A DNA stretch of 64,000 nucleotides. It comes from Patescibacteria group bacterium UBA3531. GTDB taxonomy: Bacteria > Patescibacteriota > Minisyncoccia > Phycocordibacterales > UBA3531. This document shows, in pieces, positions 10,143 through 17,562 of the stretch (the stretch's first letter is position 1; every line of letters starts with the position of its first letter). The position numbers were made by a program, and so were the translations under genes. The notes under the pieces were generated by a model that saw only the letters and a program-made list of their open reading frames with translations, was not told the origin of the DNA and made no database searches. The stretch spans positions 15,381 through 79,380 of the forward strand of contig DFOW01000001.1 in the NCBI GenBank assembly GCA_002376885.1, written 5' to 3'.

Positions 10143-10619
10143 TTGAATAGTAAAATCTTGTATGTATTGGTATTTCTTCTCATCTTCTTTTTCCCCGTTC
10201 ACGGGGCAACTGAAGAAGTCGAGATGGACACACCGACGAAGACCTACTACCGTTTTGCCACTCTCGGAAAGCAAGAGCGCTACTACGAGATGTGGCTCAT
10301 GACGGATCCGGATACCCGGTACGAGGCCATGGACCGGGTCAAGAGGGCGCTTGCAGCACGAGCGTTCGACCCCGAGCTCAGAGCCTTCATCATGGGTCTC
10401 CCGCCCGATGAGATCTTCGAGCTTCTTGTGTCCCAGTCAAGCATGGAGCTCATCGTCCTCTCCGAACAACAAGATGGGCCACGGGCATGGCTTGAGGTTC
10501 AGTCGCCAATGCGTGGTAAACCTCAAGGGTACTACGTCGTCAACAAGGTTGAGATGCGTCTCCTCAAAGAGAGGTGGCTCATCGTCTTCACCAACGTCAA
10601 GGTGGAAGACCATCACTAG
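10143..10619 (+). CDS. secreted hypothetical protein (GC-rich island 1)
   Basis: Probable TTG start after AGGGGGGG. Signal peptide LNSKILYVLVFLLIFFFPVHGATEE. A rho-independent terminator follows. The longer 9966 start in the ORF track overlaps the upstream gene and is unlikely. Confidence 0.4.
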   Translation: MNSKILYVLVFLLIFFFPVHGATEEVEMDTPTKTYYRFATLGKQERYYEMWLMTDPDTRYEAMDRVKRALAARAFDPELRAFIMGLPPDEIFELLVSQSSMELIVLSEQQDGPRAWLEVQSPMRGKPQGYYVVNKVEMRLLKERWLIVFTNVKVEDHH

Positions 10620-10624
10620 CCCAA

Positions 10625-10666
10625 CGGCCCGGTATCAAACGATACCGGGCCGGGTTTCTTTTTATA
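10625..10666 (+). terminator. rho-independent terminator
   Basis: Hairpin CCCGGTATC-AAACG-ATACCGGG followed by a T-run (GTTTCTTTTT) immediately after the stop codon. Confidence 0.6.
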
Positions 10667-10742
10667 TAAATTCTCAATTTTTCTACTATTGACCGAGACT
10701 AATTTAAATGTTATTATAAGTACAGACAAGGAGGTATTTAAC

Positions 10743-11162
10743 GTGAAGAATACGGCTCTGTATACCACCCTCATCGCTCTCTCCTCCATGCTTGTCTTTG
10801 CATGTACACCGCCCACCACTCGGGAATCGGTGACCGAGGAGATCACGGCTCGCGTTCTCACCAAGGGTGAGATCGAGAGTTTCGACCTGGGTGGAGCCCT
10901 CATCGGCTACATGATTGGCGAATCCATGTGCTGTGGCGGGGGGCTGTACGGCGGTTTCATCGGTGGCGTTGCTGCCGCCGATGACTGCGAGGTTCCCGTC
11001 ATGGTGGAGGGAGAAGCCCTCACCTTGAGCGCCCCTGATCGTGCCTGTCGCGACTCGGAGGAGAACCAGATCGTCACCGTCAACAAGACGACCACCACCG
11101 TTCGTGACCGAGAGACCGGCGAGGTCAAGAGCACTCGCATCCGCTACCGCTGGAAGCGATAA
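10743..11162 (+). CDS. lipoprotein with Gly-rich segment (hypothetical; GC-rich island 1)
   Basis: GTG start after AGGAGG. Signal plus lipobox LVFA-C, then CCGGGLYGGFIGGVAAADDCE. A terminator hairpin follows. Confidence 0.45.
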   Translation: MKNTALYTTLIALSSMLVFACTPPTTRESVTEEITARVLTKGEIESFDLGGALIGYMIGESMCCGGGLYGGFIGGVAAADDCEVPVMVEGEALTLSAPDRACRDSEENQIVTVNKTTTTVRDRETGEVKSTRIRYRWKR

Positions 11163-11171
11163 ACCCAAACC

Positions 11172-11212
11172 AGAGGGCCCCGATTCATTTCGGGGCCTAC
11201 TTTTTTGTATAC
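11172..11212 (+). terminator. rho-independent terminator
   Basis: GGCCCCGATTCATTTCGGGGCC hairpin followed by TACTTTTTTG. Confidence 0.6.
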
Positions 11213-11226
11213 ACCTCAACTTCAAA
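11200..11226. repeat. 27-bp direct repeat copy 1 (CTTTTTTGTATACACCTCAACTTCAAA) flanking the Doc cassette
   Basis: 25/27 identical to the copy at 11875-11901. On the minus strand it reads FEVEVYTKK*, a duplicated gene 3' end. Confidence 0.6.
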
Positions 11227-11719
11227 CACTTTTTGTAGTGAACTTTAGAAACTTTTCCACCTTCTTTTTAAGAGCTTCAAAATCAGGCTCGTGCGCAACA
11301 CTATCAGCAACAATAATAGATAAATTATACAAACCAAACTCTTCAGGATTAAAATCTCCAAAATCTTGATATTTATTAAAGCTCGGGAATAGTTCTTTTA
11401 CCAAGGAAGAATACTCTTCCTTGGTATGTTCAGAAAACTGAGCGTTATTAATAAGAAGAAATCCCAAGGTCGTAACAAGGGCAAGACGTTTATTTCCATT
11501 TTCAAAAAAATGTCCCTTGTTGATTTGAACCAATAAATACGCCGCCTTCTCTAGCAATGTTGGGTAATAAATGTCGTTTGTAACTTGAATAAGTACCCCC
11601 TTCAGTTTTTTGCATCCCTCCTCTTGAGAATCATAAGGAGGCATCGGCTCCTGTTTAGAGTAATGCCGATAAATGAGGTCAAAGAGGGTTGGGAGATCCT
11701 CTTCTTTAAAATAATTCAT
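11222..11719 (-). CDS. doc: Fic/Doc-family toxin (death-on-curing-like)
   Basis: Fic/Doc motif HFFENGNKRLAL (HxFx[D/N]GNKR). 165 aa. Its ATG lies 2 nt after the stop of the small upstream ORF. Confidence 0.7.
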   Translation of the reverse strand: MNYFKEEDLPTLFDLIYRHYSKQEPMPPYDSQEEGCKKLKGVLIQVTNDIYYPTLLEKAAYLLVQINKGHFFENGNKRLALVTTLGFLLINNAQFSEHTKEEYSSLVKELFPSFNKYQDFGDFNPEEFGLYNLSIIVADSVAHEPDFEALKKKVEKFLKFTTKSV

Positions 11720-11721
11720 AC

Positions 11722-11835
11722 TTAGCGATCAGCAAGACGCTCAAGAGCACGCCCCAAGCGTTTTTCTATGGTCTTTATAGCCTCTTCTACTCTTTGGGTA
11801 TGAGTATCCTTTTTTCTCTTGAAAATCTTAAACAT
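11722..11835 (-). CDS. small ORF immediately upstream of doc (37-42 aa; antitoxin by position only, no motif evidence)
   Basis: Unlisted minus-strand ORF MFKIFKRKKDTHTQRVEEAIKTIEKRLGRALERLADR*. An alternative ATG lies 15 nt upstream. Its stop is 2 nt from the doc ATG. No strong SD. Confidence 0.35.
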   Translation of the reverse strand: MFKIFKRKKDTHTQRVEEAIKTIEKRLGRALERLADR

Positions 11836-11862
11836 ATGTACAGTATACATTTTTCATTATTA

Positions 11863-12135
11863 TCAAACAAGATCATTTTTTGTATAAACCTCAACTTCAA
11901 ATTCTGGGAAGTAGTTGTAGATCTCAGGGAGATCAAACTTTTTTAAAATACTTTCTTTTTGCTCGCGCGCGAGCAAAAACTCAAAACTCCTCCGTATCAA
12001 ATCTTCTGGGACCACCTCCTCTCTCGTGAGTTTTTTATAATAGTCTTCTGTCAGCCCTACCGTATACACACTCCCCTCAACACCCACCTCAAACTCCGCG
12101 TTTGGGAATTCTTTTGTTTGCTTGATTTGTATCAT
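11863..12135 (-). CDS. hypothetical protein (C-terminus is the source of the 27-bp repeat)
   Basis: 90-aa ORF ending PEFEVEVYTKNDLV*. Its last codons are copy 2 of the direct repeat. Confidence 0.4.
   Translation of the reverse strand: MIQIKQTKEFPNAEFEVGVEGSVYTVGLTEDYYKKLTREEVVPEDLIRRSFEFLLAREQKESILKKFDLPEIYNYFPEFEVEVYTKNDLV
11875..11901. repeat. 27-bp direct repeat copy 2 (ATTTTTTGTATAAACCTCAACTTCAAA)
   Basis: Matches 11200-11226 at 25/27 positions. Lies inside the 3' end of CDS 11863..12135. Confidence 0.6.
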
Positions 12136-12353
12136 TCAAAAAAATAAACTAAATCCCGGTCATTTCCCGGGTTCTAGTTTACATTAGTGTGTATATGCTC
12201 TCTGGTCCGCGCTTGCTTTTTTCGCAACTTCCAAAAAGACCTTTTTTCTTTTGCGGGAAGGAGCCTTTCTAAAGAAATCAGAAAAGGCACTTGACGAAGG
12301 TTTTTCACTCTTCGCAATAGAAGCCCCCTTTCTAGGCCAAAATTCAAAAACAA

Positions 12354-13064
12354 TCATTTCAAAATATCGTGTAACTTATCACTAGAATACTCTTCTGGAA
12401 TATAGCTGTCAATCTTTGAAATATTCTCATGGTACTTAAAATCTGTTCCATCAATGTTCTTCACGATTAGATCCACTTGTAAATTGCCCACAAATTGGGC
12501 CTTTATCTTGTTTACGTTTTCCCTGGCCAAAAAATACTGTTCAATAAAGGCCTCCCTGGGAATAATCCTACCATCTTTAGAGGCCCTTATCTTCACAAAC
12601 TCCCAGGCTTGTATCGGATCCTGATACACATAAACTATAAAAACATCTCTGGACTTTTTAAGTGATCTACTAATGTTATCAACTGCTCTATTAAAATTGG
12701 TTAGAGTACCATCAAAAACAAAACTCTGCTTTTGTTTCAATGCAAGATCATGTATTTTATCTACAACAATAGAGGTAGCCCCCTGAAATAAAGAAGAATT
12801 CTTTCCGTTATATGCCTCAAACTCAACTCTTAATTCATCAGGATCTATATGCAAAACCAAGTCATTATTTGAGATTTTTTGAATCAAGGCCTTAGCAGAC
12901 TCTGTCTTTCCCGCCCCAGGAGAACCAGCCATAAACACTGAAACTGGGTGGTCCTCTGGTTTATATATGGAGGAATCCACAAGCCTTTTTGCTATTTCTT
13001 TTTTATTTTTTTGTGCAAATACAATAGCTTCAGCTTCTATATCGGCATCTGAAATATTAGACAT
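12354..13064 (-). CDS. zeta-toxin-like P-loop kinase (AAA_33/Zeta_toxin family)
   Basis: Walker A MAGSPGAGKTES. Then HIDPDELR and FVFDGTL motifs with zeta/PezT-like order and spacing. Preferred start is ATG 13064 (MSNISDADIE, GGGAGA upstream). The longer 13169 start overlaps the antitoxin gene. Confidence 0.6.
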   Translation of the reverse strand: MSNISDADIEAEAIVFAQKNKKEIAKRLVDSSIYKPEDHPVSVFMAGSPGAGKTESAKALIQKISNNDLVLHIDPDELRVEFEAYNGKNSSLFQGATSIVVDKIHDLALKQKQSFVFDGTLTNFNRAVDNISRSLKKSRDVFIVYVYQDPIQAWEFVKIRASKDGRIIPREAFIEQYFLARENVNKIKAQFVGNLQVDLIVKNIDGTDFKYHENISKIDSYIPEEYSSDKLHDILK

Positions 13065-13074
13065 TATTTTCCAT

Positions 13075-13260
13075 TTATTTCTCCCAATCTTCAATGATAA
13101 GTTTTTTGCCGGATTTTTTAACGGTGACTTTTTGGCGTTCTCGCCAGCCGAGTTCACGAACAACCTCAATAGGAATAGTCACCGAGATACTGTGTTTCCC
13201 TACTTTGGTTAATTTTCGTATTGTTTTGTCCCTCTTTTTTCTTCGTACCATATAAACCAT
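13075..13260 (-). CDS. AbrB/MazE/SpoVT-type (swapped-hairpin) antitoxin
   Basis: 61 aa. KVGKHSISVTIPIEVVRELGWRERQKVTV matches the AbrB/MazE fold signature. Ends 10 nt before the kinase start. Confidence 0.65.
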   Translation of the reverse strand: MVYMVRRKKRDKTIRKLTKVGKHSISVTIPIEVVRELGWRERQKVTVKKSGKKLIIEDWEK

Positions 13261-13294
13261 TTACGTAAGGATTTACGTAAATCCTTACGTAAAT
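13259..13294. promoter_or_regulatory. perfect 36-bp palindrome ATTTACGTAAGGATTTACGTAAATCCTTACGTAAAT (putative autoregulatory operator of the AbrB-type antitoxin operon)
   Basis: Three TACGTAA half-sites in perfect dyad symmetry. Lies between a TATATT -10-like element and the antitoxin start codon on the minus strand. Confidence 0.6.
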
Positions 13295-13358
13295 ATACTA
13301 CTCCTTTGCCCTTATTTTTCAAACAAGAACGCCCCGCAAAGGAAACGTCCCTGCGGAG

Positions 13359-13622
13359 CTATGTCCTACTGCTGGCTTCACTCCACAAAGCTAGCAGACG
13401 TTGCTGTTTCTTCCCTTCAAACTTCTCTGCGAGTGCTTCTACTGCATCAGCAAGATCCGTCATCTCGCATTCGGTCTGCATGGCGTATCCAAGACATGTA
13501 AGAGCCCATGTCTCTGGATCGTCATCAGGGTCGAGTTCTAGGGAGTTGATGATCGCTTCCCCCAAGGCACGAAAGAACTCCTCTTCGTCAACTTCCACGA
13601 TGTCGACTTCTCCAGACTCCAT
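13359..13622 (-). CDS. acidic hypothetical protein (GC-rich island 2)
   Basis: 87 aa, strongly acidic (VEVDEEEFF...DPDDDPE). RBS GAAGGGAGG. GC-rich codon usage unlike the backbone. Confidence 0.35.
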   Translation of the reverse strand: MESGEVDIVEVDEEEFFRALGEAIINSLELDPDDDPETWALTCLGYAMQTECEMTDLADAVEALAEKFEGKKQQRLLALWSEASSRT

Positions 13623-13718
13623 CTTTTCAGCCTCCCTTCTAGTTTTACCCTACCTTATTTATTTTTATTTTTCAAATTAAACAAGAGCAGCCCGGAACTT
13701 GCGTTCCGGGCTGTACCC

Positions 13719-14111
13719 CTAGTAGATGAAATCTTCAGGCTTCTCCTTCTGTGGCTCGAGGCCGTACCAGCGAAGAACTTCCTTGTTACGGGCAGTGTGC
13801 GTGAGTCCGAAGAGTTCTTCGGCGATCCGCAGCTGATCCCCAGCATCCGTATGGTACGGATGCTGATTGCAGTCGATGCGAATCAAAAGGTCAGGAACAA
13901 TGCCGAACATGGGGCCATGCTTGTAGATCCTGAGCTCAAATCCTAAAACGTTCGATACCAGTTGACACGGAAGCTCCAGGCGTCTGGTGATCTCGTCCAC
14001 TCGCGCCCACTCTTCCGTCCGAAGCTGGTGGCAGCCCCATCCACCCTCGTTATGGATCTTCCTTTCCATCTCCTTGAGCCACGCGATGTCGGCTTCTCTG
14101 CAATCTGTCAT
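13719..14111 (-). CDS. hypothetical protein (GC-rich island 2)
   Basis: 130-aa ORF. A terminator-like hairpin (CAGCCCGGAAC..GTTCCGGGCTG) lies downstream. No motif recognised. Confidence 0.35.
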   Translation of the reverse strand: MTDCREADIAWLKEMERKIHNEGGWGCHQLRTEEWARVDEITRRLELPCQLVSNVLGFELRIYKHGPMFGIVPDLLIRIDCNQHPYHTDAGDQLRIAEELFGLTHTARNKEVLRWYGLEPQKEKPEDFIY

Positions 14112-14205
14112 GGCTAAAACACCTCCATTCCCAACATTACCCTTTTCATTATATTTTTCAAACCATATGAAAGGTCCGGCGCTCAGCGCCGGACCTGGGC
14201 TCTTT

Positions 14206-14787
14206 TCAGCCCTTGAGTTCTTCCAAATACGTCTCCCAAAGAGGCAACCAGTCTTCCCTACTCACACTAAGAAGGATCTCATCGTAGTAGGTTCCGTTCC
14301 GGAAATGCCAACCATCTCTTCGTCCCACTTCCTTGTACCCACACCCCATAAGGTACCGATGACTTCGCTCGTTGAAGCCAATCACTGCGGCCCCCACCTG
14401 TCGCAGATTGAGTGTAAGGAATGCAAAGGCAAGCTGGAGCATCTTGGCATCCGTACCGTACCCCTTCCCCCAATATTCCTTCTCACCGATGATGGTTCCC
14501 GAAGCGGCTGTCCGATTGATCGGATGGATTCGGTGAAGACCGATATTCCCGATCAGCTTCTTTCCTTTGAGTGTCTCGATTGCAAAGACAATCTGCTCGT
14601 CAGAGCCCTTGCCGAGCCTGTCGAACCAGGCCTCTTCCTGCGATCGCATCACTGGATTGTTTGATCCAACGAACTGTGTCACCTCTGGATCGTTCAACCA
14701 CTTAAGAAAGTGACTCAGATCGTGCCTCTTGTCGAGCGGACGGAGCCGAACAAGTCTGCCTTCGCGAATCACGTGATTGTCTTCCAT
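14206..14787 (-). CDS. GNAT-family N-acetyltransferase (RimJ/RimL-like)
   Basis: Preferred start MEDNHV at 14787 with SD GAGGAG. GNAT motif A-like region (QVGAAVIGFNERSHRYLMGCGYKEVG) and general RimL-like architecture. The N-terminal 130 codons of the track ORF look non-coding (R/S/P-rich). Confidence 0.65.
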   Translation of the reverse strand: MEDNHVIREGRLVRLRPLDKRHDLSHFLKWLNDPEVTQFVGSNNPVMRSQEEAWFDRLGKGSDEQIVFAIETLKGKKLIGNIGLHRIHPINRTAASGTIIGEKEYWGKGYGTDAKMLQLAFAFLTLNLRQVGAAVIGFNERSHRYLMGCGYKEVGRRDGWHFRNGTYYDEILLSVSREDWLPLWETYLEELKG

Positions 14788-14844
14788 GTTCTCCTCACAT
14801 TGTTTTGGAATTATTAAAAGAACTTCCATTTCGAGAAAGGTGGG

Positions 14845-14876
14845 TAAAAAAACACCCTGACGCTTTCTCGCCAGGG
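14845..14876 (-). terminator. rho-independent terminator (minus strand) upstream of the GNAT gene
   Basis: Minus strand: GCCCUGGCG-AGAAAG-CGUCAGGG followed by UGUUUUUUUACCC. Confidence 0.55.
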
Positions 14877-15118
14877 CATTCCTCAGACTAGTGTTGTTAG
14901 CTTTTATATAACCATAAGAGTAAGAGAATCTTGACCAGGCGAAACAGCCTCCTGTGCTTCGGTGCACACGAGATATGAAATCCCCGCATTCATTTTTCGC
15001 AAAAATTCTCTTTGCATAATTAAAAAATACCCTGTTTAGGGTATTTGTCAAGAGGACAGCCCCGGTCGCAACATTAACGACCGGGGCTGTGTCAACTTGA
15101 GAAGGCGCGGTAGAGTGC

Positions 15119-15376
15119 CTATTGGGTCTCGGCCGGATTCTCCGTATAGACGAAGATCTCCTGGATCGAGGCTCCACTCCTGATAGTCACCCTGAGCCCC
15201 GCCTGGATAGGCGTGAACTTGATCCGTCGAGGGGCACCGCGTGCCTTCTTGATGATCCCCAAGACGACTTTCGAAGTATAGGGGCACTTCTATGCTGTGT
15301 CTACGACACCTACTGCGGCATTGATGGTGGTTGTGTGGCTTCCGGCCACTTTGCCACCGGCACGATGTTTCGGCAT
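15119..15376 (-). pseudogene. bL27-like small ORF interrupted by an in-frame TAG (possible pseudogene or read-through gene)
   Basis: SD AAGAGGA 6 nt before the ATG. MPKHRAGGKVAGSHTTT...TA-TAG-KCPYTSKVVLGIIKKARGAPRRIKFTP.... Weak resemblance to bL27 (AHKKAGG N-terminus; V.LAG.IIVRQRGTKF core). Total read-through length 85 aa equals bL27. Two hairpin terminators downstream at 15030-15091. Confidence 0.25.
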
Positions 15377-15462
15377 AATTCCTCTTTTACCGGTGGTTTT
15401 ACCTGCCTATTTAATATAATAATTTAAAATAAGTGTCAAGAATATAGATTTCTGTATCCCTA

Positions 15463-15491
15463 TTGACAAAATAGTACTTCCCTACTATTAT
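15463..15491 (+). promoter_or_regulatory. sigma-70-like promoter TTGACA-N17-TATTAT
   Basis: Consensus -35 and near-consensus -10 with a 17-nt spacer in an AT-rich intergenic region, about 215 nt upstream of the ABC exporter start. Confidence 0.55.
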
Positions 15492-15649
15492 CCCAATATT
15501 ATGAATATATACCGAACAAAAACACTGTTCATGCGAACCACGCAATTTATGTGTGGGCGTCTTGGCGTAGTCATTTCTACCGTACACCGTTTTTGTGCCA
15601 GGCAATATGTTCTGAGGGCTTAAATTCTCATCTCTAATCTGAGCGTTTG

Positions 15650-15686
15650 AAACATCTTGTCTGGCTGACAAGATGTTTTTGTTCTT
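15650..15686 (+). terminator. intrinsic terminator/attenuator inside the 5' leader of the ABC exporter gene
   Basis: Perfect 11-bp stem AAACATCTTGTC-TGGCTG-ACAAGATGTTT followed by TTGTTCTTTC, ending about 20 nt before the SD GAGAGGG and the ATG at 15707. Confidence 0.6.
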
Positions 15687-15706
15687 TCACAACGAGAGGG
15701 TTAACC

Positions 15707-17548
15707 ATGGAAAAGCGCTTGCGTAAGTACTGCGACGATCTTGCTGAAACGCGGGAAGTGATTCAGTGGATCAAGAGTGAATTTGTCACTCAAGAGGCAT
15801 GGGCATGGGCAAAGAAGATGTTCTTTGTTTTTGCTATCATGATCGGCCTTGACGCACTCCAGCCGTTTGCGGTTCGGTATGTGTTTGATGGGCTCGTTTC
15901 GGGCAACTCTTCATGGGTTATCTTTGGCTTCGTTGGTTTTCTTGTGTGCTTTACGGCACAGAAGGTTACTGACTATCTGAAGAACACCTATCGGGAGTGG
16001 TTCATTGGTCTTAACATTGCAACCATCGATCGTCGTATTACCGAGCTTTTCTTCGAGAAGTCGCTTGGTCAATACGTTACCCATAGTTCTCTTTTGAACG
16101 TGGCGACGATGGACCGCGGGAGGAGCAGTATCAACAACATTCAGGGTACGCTCGTTTTTTACGGGACCTCTTCCTTTTTGTACATGACACTGTCTTGGGT
16201 TGCTGTTGCTCTCTTGAGTCCGCTCTCGGGCGCGCTCTTTTTGCTAGTTGCAACCATCTACCTTCTTTCGGGTTTTTATCTGAACAGTCGTGTAGAAACG
16301 GAGTGTCACGAAATTGAGGAAGATTTTAGGCGTCTTCGTCGTCACCGCTTTGAACGGTGGGAAAAGCTTGAGCGTGTTGCGCTCACTGGAAAGAAGCATC
16401 ACGAGCTTTCCTTCATGACGGAGCGCTTTGACGACATCCTTTCCAAAGACCGAGCATTTTGGTTGGGATTTATTCGTCACTGTGGTTTACGTGAAGGAGT
16501 GAACATTCTGGTGCTTGCGCTCATCTTTGGGATCGGCGCATGGAATGTGTGGACCGGAGTGTGGAGTGTGGGACTTTTGTACCCACTCTACAGTTTGTCG
16601 TCTCGCATCAGTCATAACATGTGGCAGATTGGCGACATTTATCTGGATCTTTCACGTGAGGTTCCTCGTGTTCGCTCAATGATGCGTGCACTCTCGCTCA
16701 CACCAGAAGTGACTGACGCCCCGAACGCGCAAGAGCTTGACCTTACACGTGCTCCGGAAATTCGGTTTGAGGGGGTCTCGCACCGATACCCAGCAGAAGA
16801 CACACGCACTGCAAACGATGGTGTACACACTCTGAAGAATGTCTCGTTTGAGATTGGGCAGGGTGAGAAGCTTGCTGTCATTGGGCCAAGCGGCGCTGGT
16901 AAAACCAGCATTGCAAAACTCCTTTTGCGGTACATGGATCCTGAAGAGGGTGCCATTACTGTAAACGGTATCAGCCTGAAAGACATTGCGCTTTCTTCGT
17001 GGATGCGTCATGTGGGAGTAATTGCCCAAGACCCGCAAGTGTTCGACAACACGTTGCGTTACAACATTACGTATGGTCTTTCCGAAGATCATCGGGAGGA
17101 AATCAAAGACGAAGACGTATGGCATTTGATGAAGCTTCTTCATATCGATTTTGGAAAGCGACTCACTGCAGGACTTGAAACCCGAGTCGGCAGAAGCGGT
17201 ATGAAGCTTTCGGGTGGAGAAGCACAACGCCTTATGATTGGAGCGGCGGCAATCAAGCGCCCCCACTTCATGATCATTGATGAGGCAACCAGCAGTCTCG
17301 ATTCTACAACCGAGAAGGAGGTCCAGAAGGGATTGGCAGATGTGCTTTCGGGTGATGTTGGTGCTCTTGTGATTGCGCATCGGCTTTCAACCGTACGAGA
17401 CCTGTGTGATAAGTTCATGGTACTGAAGCGCAGTACCGACGCGAACACCACTCCGCAGGTTGAAGCAATTGCCGGGAGCTTTGAGGAGCTCTACGAACTC
17501 TCTCCTACGTTCAGGCGTCTATGTGATGACCAAGGGGTCATCATTTAG
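15707..17548 (+). CDS. ABC transporter, fused permease/ATP-binding exporter (type I half-transporter)
   Basis: N-terminal 6-TM domain. Walker A GPSGAGKTS, ABC signature LSGGEAQRL, Walker B MIIDEATSSLD and H-loop. Preferred start MEKRLRKY with SD. The track start at 15647 lies inside the terminator hairpin. Confidence 0.85.
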   Translation: MEKRLRKYCDDLAETREVIQWIKSEFVTQEAWAWAKKMFFVFAIMIGLDALQPFAVRYVFDGLVSGNSSWVIFGFVGFLVCFTAQKVTDYLKNTYREWFIGLNIATIDRRITELFFEKSLGQYVTHSSLLNVATMDRGRSSINNIQGTLVFYGTSSFLYMTLSWVAVALLSPLSGALFLLVATIYLLSGFYLNSRVETECHEIEEDFRRLRRHRFERWEKLERVALTGKKHHELSFMTERFDDILSKDRAFWLGFIRHCGLREGVNILVLALIFGIGAWNVWTGVWSVGLLYPLYSLSSRISHNMWQIGDIYLDLSREVPRVRSMMRALSLTPEVTDAPNAQELDLTRAPEIRFEGVSHRYPAEDTRTANDGVHTLKNVSFEIGQGEKLAVIGPSGAGKTSIAKLLLRYMDPEEGAITVNGISLKDIALSSWMRHVGVIAQDPQVFDNTLRYNITYGLSEDHREEIKDEDVWHLMKLLHIDFGKRLTAGLETRVGRSGMKLSGGEAQRLMIGAAAIKRPHFMIIDEATSSLDSTTEKEVQKGLADVLSGDVGALVIAHRLSTVRDLCDKFMVLKRSTDANTTPQVEAIAGSFEELYELSPTFRRLCDDQGVII

Positions 17549-17562
17549 CTGCCTTAACAGCA

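Noticed and set aside
15122-15427. 101-aa + strand ORF (TTG start) overlapping the bL27-like minus-strand mini-gene
   Set aside because: No SD, TTG start, low-complexity translation. The minus-strand reading has a textbook SD and downstream terminators. Kept only as an alternative in the finding.
16244-17451. Antisense ORFs within the ABC exporter gene (16244..16480, 16639..16986, 16676..17380, 17140..17451)
   Set aside because: They are embedded in a gene with complete Walker A/B, signature and H-loop motifs on the + strand. No RBS or motif support.
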